A stretch of 64,000 nt of DNA from Candidatus Parcubacteria bacterium (GTDB taxonomy: Bacteria > Patescibacteriota > Patescibacteriia > Patescibacteriales > UBA12465): the NCBI GenBank assembly GCA_023444045.1, contig JAEZRQ010000006.1:113786-177785 (forward strand), read 5' to 3'. The notes below the pieces were generated by a model that worked only from the letters and a program-made list of their open reading frames with translations, was not told where the DNA came from and ran no database searches. Positions 55,872 to 64,000 of the stretch are shown piece by piece (position 1 is the stretch's first letter; each line of letters opens with the position of its first letter). A program made the translations under genes and the position numbers.

Positions 55872-58232
55872 ATGCGCCATAAAAATTATTTAATTTTAGC
55901 CTTTTTAATTTTATCTGTGGCTTTTTTATCAGCTTGTTCTTTCCCTTGGCAAAAAAAGAAGCCAGTTACTCAAACTCCAGTAGATAATAATCAAACTATT
56001 TCAGAAGATGATAAGAGTGAGGTGGAAGAGCAAAAATCAGGCGATATAAAGAAATTTAAAGACCTTGAAGATTTACAAGCTTTTTTAGTTAAAAACAGCT
56101 CCGGAGAAGGTGGTTCTTTAATGGGAAGGGCCATACAAACACTAGGTCTTGGTACTCCAGAGCTGGCAGTTGATTCGGCTAATAAAGTAATGGCTGATAC
56201 CGCGGCCGCCCCAACAGCATCTACTCCTGGTTCGGATTATTCTACCACCAACGTTCAAGTAGCTGGTGTTGATGAAGCAGATATTATCAAAACCGATGGT
56301 AATTATGTTTATTTATTAGATTATAATGATCTTTATATAATCTCTGCTAAACCTTTTGAATTAGCTTCCGTTATTACTAAGATTACTTTTAAATCTCGTC
56401 CCCAAGAATTTTATATTAGTGGCGATCGCTTGGTTGTTTTTGGTCAGGATACTAATATTTACAATGATAAAACTTATCAAAGCTTTAAACGTCGTAGTTC
56501 TTATATCTATTTAAAAATATTTGACATCAGTGATCCTAAAAATCCGAAGCAAATTAAAGATTTAAATTTGGAAGGTAATTACAGTAACTCTCGTTTAGTG
56601 GGTGACTATCTTTATTTTGTAACTACCAATTATCAGAGCTATGTAGCTGGTGAGCCAGTGTTGCCAAGAGTTTTTGATAGCGGGCAATTATTGCCAGAAA
56701 AATGCAGCCTATCGGCTAAATGCTACACGCCCGATGTTTTCTATTTTGATATTCCTTACGACAGCTTTAACTTTACTTCAGTGATGGCTTTAAATATTAA
56801 AAATGTAAGTGAGTCTTTATCTGGGGATGTTTATTTATTGTCTGGCAATCAAAACATGTATGTTTCGCCAAATAATATTTATATTACCTATACGGAGTAC
56901 TTAAACGAATATGAAATCAAAAGAGATTTAATAATAGATTTGATTAAATCAAAATTAAGCTCTAGCAGCCAGGAAAAAATTACTAAAATTGAAGCAGCCG
57001 ATACTTTTATTTTATCTGATAGAGAAAAGAAGGAAAAAATTTATTCCCTGATTCAAAATTATCTAAGCAATTTAAATTCTACCGAACAAAATACCATCAA
57101 CAAAGAAATTGAGGAGGCCCTGAAAAAAACCTTATCCGAGAAACTAAAAGACATGGAGAAAACTGCTATTCATAAAATTTCATTTAATGGTTCTAAGTTA
57201 GAATACAAAAATAGTGGTTCGGTTTCTGGATATGTCTTAAATCAATTTGCGATGGATGAAAAGGATGGTTATTTCAGAATTGCCACTACTCGCAGCCGTT
57301 CTTGGTCTGACTATCTAGACGAAAAGTCACAGGAGTCATATAGTAATGTTTTTGTGCTTAATGACAACATGGAAACGGTTGGTGTTTTAGAAAATTTAGC
57401 ACCAGGGGAGAGAATTTATTCGGTCAGATTTATGGGCAATCGTGCTTACCTGGTAACCTATAAGCAAGTTGATCCACTCTTTGCGATTGATTTAACTAAT
57501 CCTAAGAATCCGAAAGTTTTAGGTGAATTAAAGATTCCTGGCTATTCAAACTATTTACATCCTTATAGTGAAAATATTTTAATTGGTTTTGGACGTGATA
57601 CTGAGCTTAATTCATCTGGCGCTAGTGTTAACAAGGGCCTTAAAATATCTTTGTTTGATGTTGAAAATCCTAACGCCCCTAAGGAGCTAGATACTTTCAT
57701 CACCGGTGATCGCTTTAGTGATTCTATTGCTCTTTATGATCATAAGGCCTTTTTAGCTTCAAAATCAAAGAATCTTTTGTCTTTACCGGTAGTGTTAAGG
57801 AATGGTAATTATGGCGAAAACCTAGAATTTAGTGGCGCCCTTGTTTTTAGTTTAAATGACAATAAAATTAATTTAAGAGGTCGCATTGACCATAGTGATA
57901 GTGGAAATTATACTAATAAGGATTATTGGGGTGGGGTTAATTATTTTGACAATTCTGTAAAACGCAGCTTATATATAGATAACGCCTTATTTACTTTTTC
58001 TAATAAATATTTAAAGATTAATGATTTGGACAGTAAAAATGACTTAGAATCAATTAAAGTTATTGATCTGCTGCCTAATTTAGAAAAGGATTTTGAGGTT
58101 AAGCCAGTTACCCCAACACCGAAGCCAGTAGTAGAGGTTTCAACATCAACTTCTTCTATTGAAACTAGTACTTCAAGCAGTCCTGTTATGACAGAAGAGG
58201 ACTCCTCTAATGAATCAGAAGATAATCAATAA
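55872..58232 (+). CDS. Lipoprotein with beta-propeller domain (Beta_propel-like), function unknown
   Basis: Lipobox LSAC after a signal sequence. TNVQVAGVDEADIIKTDGNYVYLL motif typical of the bacterial/archaeal beta-propeller family. S/T/E-rich tail. ATG 55872 preferred to GTG 55857. Confidence 0.8.
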   Translation: MRHKNYLILAFLILSVAFLSACSFPWQKKKPVTQTPVDNNQTISEDDKSEVEEQKSGDIKKFKDLEDLQAFLVKNSSGEGGSLMGRAIQTLGLGTPELAVDSANKVMADTAAAPTASTPGSDYSTTNVQVAGVDEADIIKTDGNYVYLLDYNDLYIISAKPFELASVITKITFKSRPQEFYISGDRLVVFGQDTNIYNDKTYQSFKRRSSYIYLKIFDISDPKNPKQIKDLNLEGNYSNSRLVGDYLYFVTTNYQSYVAGEPVLPRVFDSGQLLPEKCSLSAKCYTPDVFYFDIPYDSFNFTSVMALNIKNVSESLSGDVYLLSGNQNMYVSPNNIYITYTEYLNEYEIKRDLIIDLIKSKLSSSSQEKITKIEAADTFILSDREKKEKIYSLIQNYLSNLNSTEQNTINKEIEEALKKTLSEKLKDMEKTAIHKISFNGSKLEYKNSGSVSGYVLNQFAMDEKDGYFRIATTRSRSWSDYLDEKSQESYSNVFVLNDNMETVGVLENLAPGERIYSVRFMGNRAYLVTYKQVDPLFAIDLTNPKNPKVLGELKIPGYSNYLHPYSENILIGFGRDTELNSSGASVNKGLKISLFDVENPNAPKELDTFITGDRFSDSIALYDHKAFLASKSKNLLSLPVVLRNGNYGENLEFSGALVFSLNDNKINLRGRIDHSDSGNYTNKDYWGGVNYFDNSVKRSLYIDNALFTFSNKYLKINDLDSKNDLESIKVIDLLPNLEKDFEVKPVTPTPKPVVEVSTSTSSIETSTSSSPVMTEEDSSNESEDNQ

Positions 58233-58239
58233 ACTAATT

Positions 58240-59001
58240 ATGAGAATATCGCGTTTTGCTGTTATTATTTACCCTTTTCTAGTTTGGCTGTTAGCCCAGG
58301 CTTACTTTTTTAATCCGGAATTATTTTATATTTCACTAATTATTTCTACAGCTCTTACCATAGTCTTAGCCTTTATATTAAAAAAACCGGAGAGGGAAGT
58401 AGCTTGGTGGACTCTTGCGATTTTGCCGCTAACTTTTTTGATAGCGATCAGTGTCTTTACTTCGCTACAAAGTAGCGGTCTACTTGTTCAAGCTTTATTT
58501 GTAGCATTGTTTATCTTTTTGTTTAGTTACTTTAAGAATCTTTATTATTTTTGGAGCCGCCCTGATTTATATAGGGAAGAAGATTTTAATGTTATTAAGT
58601 CTTATGGCGGTTTTTTGGTGGTATTTTTCGCGGCGGCTAGTTTATATGGTTTACAGTCTTTTCTTAATTTAACTGTTTGGCCAATGATGATGATTTTTGC
58701 AGCGGTGGTTTTAGCTTTATCTTATCTTAATTTGGATGTGGCTGATGCTAATCCAAAAACTGTCTGGCAATTTTCGGTCATTATGACTTTGGTAATTACG
58801 GAAGTAGCTCTAGTCTTTACTCTCTTGCCACTAACCTATAGTGTTTCAGCGATGTCGGTGGGTATTTTGTATTACCTTTTAATTAATCTAACCAGGCTCT
58901 ATTTGCAGAAATCCTTAACAAGTAAAAAAATTAAATTATATCTTTTAATAAGTAGTGCTGGTTTAGCAATTATGCTGCTTACCGCTCGCTGGATAAATTA
59001 A
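58240..59001 (+). CDS. Polytopic membrane protein, hypothetical
   Basis: About 250 aa with 7-8 hydrophobic helices. Tightly packed between the beta-propeller and PDZ genes. Confidence 0.65.
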   Translation: MRISRFAVIIYPFLVWLLAQAYFFNPELFYISLIISTALTIVLAFILKKPEREVAWWTLAILPLTFLIAISVFTSLQSSGLLVQALFVALFIFLFSYFKNLYYFWSRPDLYREEDFNVIKSYGGFLVVFFAAASLYGLQSFLNLTVWPMMMIFAAVVLALSYLNLDVADANPKTVWQFSVIMTLVITEVALVFTLLPLTYSVSAMSVGILYYLLINLTRLYLQKSLTSKKIKLYLLISSAGLAIMLLTARWIN

Positions 59002-59002
59002 T

Positions 59003-60124
59003 ATGAAAAAACCAACCAATTCTTTTATTGTTACTTTAATCGCTCTGTTTTTTGGTATCATCGCCGGATCCTTAGCTTCTATTACCACTACCGCCTACTT
59101 AGATGAAAACATTTCGTCAATTATTAAATCTCAAGAAGTAGATTTAGCTAATTCTATTTATGATAAGGCCAGTTTAGTGATTAGAGATGCAAAAAAGGTT
59201 GTTGTTAATCAGGATGTGAAAATAGAAGAGACAGCCTCTTCTTTACAGCCAGTTTTAGTCTCCGCTTTTAAAAAGAGCAGCAATGATTATTATGTTTTGG
59301 CAGAAGCCGATGCTTTTGGTTTGATTCTTTCAAGTGATGGCTGGGCACTGCTTAATGGTCTTAAGGAAACCAGTGATCAAAATATTATTAAAAACTACTC
59401 CATAATTTCTTATGACAAAAAAATCTATGAGATTGATAAGGCTTTTGTTGTGAAAGTGACTGGTGATGGTAATATTTTCTTAGTCCACCTAAAAGGGGCC
59501 TCTAATTTACCAGTTAGACAAATTGCTCAGGCTGCTAATTTAAAACCAGGTGTTTCCGTTATTTTAATGTCTTCAGATGGCCGGACTTTGCTTAGTTCAA
59601 TTATTTCTAAAAAAAGACCAGGTATTATTTTGGACTCTGACAGGCCGGATATTTCTTTATCAATAGCTAACTCTATTAGCGATGATTTTGCTAATGCTTT
59701 AGTTTTTAATTTAGGCGGTGATTTCATCGGTTGGGTGGATAGTAATAATGAGGTGAGACCAAATTATGTTTTTACTCCGGCTTGGAAGGCCTTTATCGCC
59801 AAACAAAAAGCGAGTTTTCCTTCACTGGGCGTTAATTATTTAGACTTATCTTCTATTAAAGCCCCTAATTTAAAGATTGAAAAAGGCGCTTGGCTTAAAA
59901 CTGATGACAAGAATCAACCAGCTATTATTGTTGGCGGGGCAGCCGCTAAGGCCGGTCTAAAAGAAGGGGATGTGATTACCAGAATTAATAATCAAGAGCT
60001 GGATAGAAATAATGATTTAGCAGAAGTGCTATCATCATATTTGGCTGGTGACAAGATTATTTTAACTTATGACCGTGATGGTGTTTTACAAGATTTAGAA
60101 GTTACTTTAGAAGAAGCTAAATAA
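59003..60124 (+). CDS. Membrane-anchored HtrA-like protein with PDZ domain, catalytic triad apparently lost
   Basis: N-terminal TM. Trypsin-fold remnants (FGLILSSDGWALLNGL vs G.G.IIS.DGYIVTNNHV; SDDFANALVFNLGGDFIGWV vs GNSGGPLVNL.GEVIGIN). C-terminal PDZ (AAKAGLKEGDVITRINNQEL). Confidence 0.75.
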   Translation: MKKPTNSFIVTLIALFFGIIAGSLASITTTAYLDENISSIIKSQEVDLANSIYDKASLVIRDAKKVVVNQDVKIEETASSLQPVLVSAFKKSSNDYYVLAEADAFGLILSSDGWALLNGLKETSDQNIIKNYSIISYDKKIYEIDKAFVVKVTGDGNIFLVHLKGASNLPVRQIAQAANLKPGVSVILMSSDGRTLLSSIISKKRPGIILDSDRPDISLSIANSISDDFANALVFNLGGDFIGWVDSNNEVRPNYVFTPAWKAFIAKQKASFPSLGVNYLDLSSIKAPNLKIEKGAWLKTDDKNQPAIIVGGAAAKAGLKEGDVITRINNQELDRNNDLAEVLSSYLAGDKIILTYDRDGVLQDLEVTLEEAK

Positions 60125-60135
60125 TTTTAATTTTT

Positions 60136-61299
60136 ATGAAATTAAATTCTATTGAGAAAGCTAAAGGCTTAAAAAATAAAAAAGTTTTAGTAAGGGTTGA
60201 TTTTAATGTGCCGCTTGATGGTGTCAAGATTAAAGATGATTACCGCATTAAAGCAGCGCTGCCAACTATCAATTTTCTTATTAAAAGTGAGGCTAAAGTT
60301 ATTTTAATTGCTCATCTTGGTGATCCTAAGGGGCAAGTAGTACCGGCTTTATCACTGAAACCAGTAGCCAAAAGACTTGGTCAGTTAATTAAAAAATCAG
60401 TTCGCTTTGTTCCGGAAACTTTTGGTTACAAAGCTGATGCGGAGATTGCTAAGATGGAAAGCGGTGATGTCGTCTTTTTAGAAAACTTACGTTTCCACGA
60501 GGGAGAACTTAAAAATGATTTAAAATTTGCTAAACGTCTAGCTGCTAATGCTGATCTATATGTCAATGAAGCATTTTCCGTTTGTCACCGTGCCCAAGCT
60601 TCGGTAAGTGCCATTAGGAAAGCGCTGCCAGTATATTATGGTTTGCAATTAGTTGAAGAAGTAAAAGCTTTAGATAAAATTCTAAAACCAGTTAAACCTT
60701 TAATAGTGATTATGGGCGGTGCTAAGATAAGTACTAAAGCGCCAATCATAAAAAAACTTTATAGTTTGGCGGATCAGATTTTGCTTGGCGGCGGACTAGC
60801 TAATAATTTCTTTAAATACTTAAAATTAGAAATCGGCCAGTCTTTGGTTGATGAGGAAATAAAAGCAGAACTCAAAGGTTTTTTTCAAAGAGGAAAGTTA
60901 GCTAAAAAAATAATTTTACCAACGGATGTGGTTGTTAAAGAAAAAAATGGTCAGGCGAAAATAAAAAATGTTGATCATGTTCTAAAAACTGATGCTATCT
61001 TAGATATTGGTCCAGAGACCATCGCTTTATTTTCAGAATATATCCGTCAGGCACAAACGATTGTTTGGAATGGGCCGCTAGGTAAGTTTGAAGAAAATTC
61101 TTATAAGTACGGCACTTTAGCAATTGCTACCGCGGTTGCTGCTCGTTCAACCGGCAAAGCCTATGGTTTAGTTGGTGGTGGCGAAACAGTTGAGGCTTTA
61201 AAACAAACTAAAATGGAAGTCTATGTTGATTTTGTCTCTACCGCTGGCGGGGCAATGCTTTCATATCTTGGCGGCGAGAAAATGCCCGGTTTAAAATAA
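60136..61299 (+). CDS. pgk: Phosphoglycerate kinase
   Basis: VLVRVDFNVP, AHLGDPKG, FLENLRFHEGE, GGGLANNF (GGGMAYTF-like), STAGGAMLSYLGG. Confidence 0.96.
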   Translation: MKLNSIEKAKGLKNKKVLVRVDFNVPLDGVKIKDDYRIKAALPTINFLIKSEAKVILIAHLGDPKGQVVPALSLKPVAKRLGQLIKKSVRFVPETFGYKADAEIAKMESGDVVFLENLRFHEGELKNDLKFAKRLAANADLYVNEAFSVCHRAQASVSAIRKALPVYYGLQLVEEVKALDKILKPVKPLIVIMGGAKISTKAPIIKKLYSLADQILLGGGLANNFFKYLKLEIGQSLVDEEIKAELKGFFQRGKLAKKIILPTDVVVKEKNGQAKIKNVDHVLKTDAILDIGPETIALFSEYIRQAQTIVWNGPLGKFEENSYKYGTLAIATAVAARSTGKAYGLVGGGETVEALKQTKMEVYVDFVSTAGGAMLSYLGGEKMPGLK

Positions 61300-61303
61300 A
61301 ATT

Positions 61304-61588
61304 ATGTTAACTAAAGAACAGATTAAACATATTGCTAATTTAGCTCGTCTGGAGCTAACAGCTGAGGAAGAGGATCTCTACCGAGAGCAACTGTCAGCGA
61401 TTTTAGATTATGTTGATAAATTAGCTAAGGTAAAAACTGATAAGGTAAGTTCACTTAATAAAACAGAGCTGGTAAATGTTTGGCGTGAGGATGAAGTTCA
61501 TTTCTGGGATCAAGCAGAAATAGAAATGGCTCTATCTCAGGGGGATACCGAAAGCAGAAAAATAAGAGTAAAAAGAGTGCTTAATTAA
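61304..61588 (+). CDS. gatC: Asp/Glu-tRNA amidotransferase subunit C
   Basis: 94 aa, IKHIANLARLELTAEEE...ILDYVDKL signature. Directly upstream of gatA. Confidence 0.93.
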   Translation: MLTKEQIKHIANLARLELTAEEEDLYREQLSAILDYVDKLAKVKTDKVSSLNKTELVNVWREDEVHFWDQAEIEMALSQGDTESRKIRVKRVLN

Positions 61589-61593
61589 AATTT

Positions 61594-63051
61594 ATGGAAC
61601 TTAATCGTTTAACTATACAAGAAGCTAGAGAAAAATTAGATAATGGGGAAATTAGCGCCCTGTCTTTAACAGAGGCTTGTTTAAATCAAATTGCTGCTAC
61701 TAATGATAGGTTAAATGTAGTTTTAACTTTGTGTTCTGAAAGTGCCAGAAAAGACGCAATTGAAGCCGACCGTCGTTTAAAAAATGGTGAGCGTGGTCCG
61801 TTGCTGGGTATTCCTTATTTATGTAAGGATAACATCATGACTAAAGGGGTAAGAACTACAGCGGCTTCTAAAATTTTAGAAAACTATATTGCTCCTTATG
61901 ATGCTACTGTTATTAAAAAGTTAAAAGAAGCTGGGGCAATCTTACTTGGTAAAACGAATTTAGATGAATTTGCTCATGGTGCTTCTACCGAAAATTCTGC
62001 TTATGGTGTGACTAAAAATCCTTGTGATTTAGATCGTGTTCCTGGCGGTTCATCAGGGGGCAGCGCTGCCGCTGTGGCCGCTGATATGTGTTTGTTTGCT
62101 TTAGGGTCAGATACCGGCGGTTCGGTGAGATGTCCGGCAGCTTTCTGTGGGGTGGTTGGTTATAAATCAGCCTATGGGGCGGTGTCTCGCCACGGACTCT
62201 TATCCATGACTTCATCAACTGATGTTATCGGCCCATTAACAAAAAATATTGCTGATGCCGCTTTAGTATATCAGGTTATTGCTGGTGAGGATCAGTATGA
62301 TGCTACTACTTATCCCGGAGAGAGAAGTTTTATATTAGACAGTGGAGATTTAAAAGGTTTGAAGATTGCTTTACCAAAAGAATATTTTGCCAAAGGTTTA
62401 AATCAGGAAATTAGAGCGGCGCTAGAAAACGTCAAGACAGAATTTGAGAAAGCGGGGGCAATTTTTAAAGAATGTAGTTTGCCACATACAGAATACGGTG
62501 TTCCAGTATATTATATCCTGACACCATCAGAAATCAGTTCCAACTTAGCTCGTTTTGATGGTATTGCTTGGGGACTCAAGTCTCAAGAAGCTAAGGATTT
62601 GCAAGAATTTTATAAAAAAAGTCGTGGTCTTGGTTTTGGGGCAGAGGCTAAAAGGAGAATCATGCTTGGCACCTTCGCTTTATCAGCTGGTTATTTTGAT
62701 GCCTACTATAAAAAAGCGCAGGCGGTTAGAAATTTAATTAGAGAAGATTTTGAAAAAGTTTTTAAAGATTTTGATTTAATCCTAACACCAACCGCACCGC
62801 ATCCAGCCTTTAAGATTGGTGAGAAAAATAATGACCCCCTTTCAATGTACTTAGAAGATATTTATGTTACTGGTGCTAGTTTAGCCGGACTACCGGCCAT
62901 CTCTATTCCTAGCGGTTTGGTAGAAGTTGATGGTAAAAATTTACCAGTAGCGGGGCAGTTAATTGCTTGTAAGGGGGCAGAAGAAAAACTTTTTAGAGCC
63001 GCTTTGTTGTGGGAGGAAAAAATTAAAATAGCAAAAAATAATTTTATTTAA
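61594..63051 (+). CDS. gatA: Asp/Glu-tRNA amidotransferase subunit A
   Basis: Amidase signature GGSSGGSAAAVA...GSDTGGSVR; full length. Confidence 0.97.
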   Translation: MELNRLTIQEAREKLDNGEISALSLTEACLNQIAATNDRLNVVLTLCSESARKDAIEADRRLKNGERGPLLGIPYLCKDNIMTKGVRTTAASKILENYIAPYDATVIKKLKEAGAILLGKTNLDEFAHGASTENSAYGVTKNPCDLDRVPGGSSGGSAAAVAADMCLFALGSDTGGSVRCPAAFCGVVGYKSAYGAVSRHGLLSMTSSTDVIGPLTKNIADAALVYQVIAGEDQYDATTYPGERSFILDSGDLKGLKIALPKEYFAKGLNQEIRAALENVKTEFEKAGAIFKECSLPHTEYGVPVYYILTPSEISSNLARFDGIAWGLKSQEAKDLQEFYKKSRGLGFGAEAKRRIMLGTFALSAGYFDAYYKKAQAVRNLIREDFEKVFKDFDLILTPTAPHPAFKIGEKNNDPLSMYLEDIYVTGASLAGLPAISIPSGLVEVDGKNLPVAGQLIACKGAEEKLFRAALLWEEKIKIAKNNFI

Positions 63052-63055
63052 AAAT

Positions 63056-63757
63056 ATGAAAAAATCATCTCTTTGGTTGGTAGTAGCTGTTTTGTTTGTT
63101 GTAGCTATTATCTTATTAGTATTAAAACTTTCTTGGCACAACAACCCAGAAAAGGCTAGTTCAGATTTAGGCTCTTTGGCTAAAGCAGAAAGTTTCGCCC
63201 CCTCTTCTTTACCAGAGTTATCAGCAGGGGAAAAGGTTAGTGGTTCGGTAAAAGCACCGGTAAAAATCATCGTTTATGAAGATTATTCTAATATTTTTTC
63301 CGCTGATAACGCCGCTAATTTAGATAAGCTAACTCAAGATTTTGATAAGAAGGTTGTTTTTGCTTTTAGGCCTTTTGCCAGTAGAGAAAAATCACTATCC
63401 TTAGAGTCGGCGATGGCGGTTGAATGTGCTTTAGAACAAGATAAATGGGAGGAAATGAGAGCAGAAATTTTTAATGCTACTAAAGAGGATAATCTAAATT
63501 CAGATAAAATAACCGAGCTAGCTCAGCAATTAGGTTTAGATGTTCCCAAGTTTTCTAAATGCTTGACCGATGCGCAAAAACAGGGAATAATATTACAGGT
63601 TGCCCAAGATGCTCAGAAATTTTCTGTCTATGGCGCCCCAACAATATTTATTAATGATGAGTTAATTGTTGGCGCTAGACCATATGATGATTATACCGAT
63701 GACTTAGGACAACAAGTTGAGGGTTTGAAGGATCTCGTTGCCAGAAAAATACAATAA
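63056..63757 (+). CDS. Membrane-anchored DsbA-like thioredoxin-fold protein lacking the CxxC active site
   Basis: N-terminal TM. DsbA/BdbD-like layout (APVKIIVYEDY...FAFRPF...VYGAPTIFIND), but SNIFS (63287-63301) replaces the expected C-P-x-C. Confidence 0.7.
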   Translation: MKKSSLWLVVAVLFVVAIILLVLKLSWHNNPEKASSDLGSLAKAESFAPSSLPELSAGEKVSGSVKAPVKIIVYEDYSNIFSADNAANLDKLTQDFDKKVVFAFRPFASREKSLSLESAMAVECALEQDKWEEMRAEIFNATKEDNLNSDKITELAQQLGLDVPKFSKCLTDAQKQGIILQVAQDAQKFSVYGAPTIFINDELIVGARPYDDYTDDLGQQVEGLKDLVARKIQ

Positions 63758-63778
63758 GTGAGGCCTTAGGCCTCTTGA

Positions 63779-63865
63779 GGAGAGTTCGCATAGTGGTCGA
63801 GTGCGCTCGCTTGGAAAGCGAGTAAACCCTAACCGGTTTCAAGGGTTCGAATCCCTTACTCTCCG
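63779..63865 (+). tRNA. tRNA-Ser (anticodon GGA), long variable arm, no encoded CCA
   Basis: Acceptor GGAGAGT/ACTCTCC, anticodon arm CTCGC-TTGGAAA-GCGAG, long variable arm, T arm AAGGG-TTCGAAT-CCCTT, discriminator G. Confidence 0.92.
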
Positions 63866-63874
63866 CACTTTTTA

Positions 63875-63903
63875 AGAGACGAGTTAAAAACTCGTTTCTT
63901 TTG
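63875..63903 (+). terminator. Rho-independent terminator after tRNA-Ser
   Basis: 10-bp stem AGAGACGAGT/ACTCGTTTCT (one G-U) with 5-nt loop, followed by TTTTGTATTT. Confidence 0.75.
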
Positions 63904-63972
63904 TATTTATGGGGGTAAAATTGATTTTTTGAGCTAGAAAATTGACCTCTAAATTTTCTCTGAAATTGCTGG

Positions 63973-63994
63973 TTGTGACGGGATTGTGACGGGA
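63973..63994 (+). repeat. Tandem 11-nt direct repeat TTGTGACGGGA x2
   Basis: Read directly: 63973-63983 and 63984-63994 are identical. Located about 110 nt downstream of tRNA-Ser at the window edge. Confidence 0.8.
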
Positions 63995-64000
63995 ATTTTT

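Overview
AT-rich, very gene-dense bacterial chromosome segment with about 60 protein genes and 4 tRNAs. I found no rRNA, CRISPR array, transposase, integrase or prophage. Most of the content is housekeeping. It includes dnaK (3' end)-dnaJ, a complete F1Fo ATP synthase operon, tatD, uppP, mltG, miaB and miaA, gatB, and separately pgk-gatC-gatA. There is a contiguous thymidylate/dTTP block (dCMP deaminase, thyA, DHFR-like, P-loop kinase, tmk::dut fusion), three GT2 glycosyltransferases plus galU, murA, rplU, dnaB-ybaB-recR, an mtaB-like gene, an ECF sigma with a putative anti-sigma, a beta-CASP metallo-beta-lactamase, fmt, def and clpB. Tight gene packing, near-absence of Shine-Dalgarno motifs and several large lineage-typical envelope proteins (PEGA, beta-propeller, GT-C-like) suggest a reduced Patescibacteria/CPR-like genome; this is inference only. 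The signals most worth a second look are listed here. (1) A ~155-nt structured RNA on the minus strand between miaB and miaA, with its own consensus promoter and intrinsic terminator, which I cannot assign to a family. (2) A heat-shock locus where a perfect CIRCE operator sits on the clpB promoter; this ClpB combines a long ClpB-type middle domain with a ClpC-type IGF loop. Divergent from it is a membrane-tethered Clp/Hsp100 paralogue with a degenerate first ATPase domain. (3) A single ORF fusing an MraY/WecA-type membrane transferase to QueH (epoxyqueuosine reductase). (4) A tmk::dut fusion inside a complete dTMP-synthesis island, next to a winged-helix::phosphoribosyltransferase protein whose promoter carries tandem and palindromic repeats. 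(5) Several apparent pseudo-enzymes: an HtrA-like protein without the catalytic triad and a DsbA-like protein without CxxC. All family assignments come from motifs read by eye; no database search was possible.
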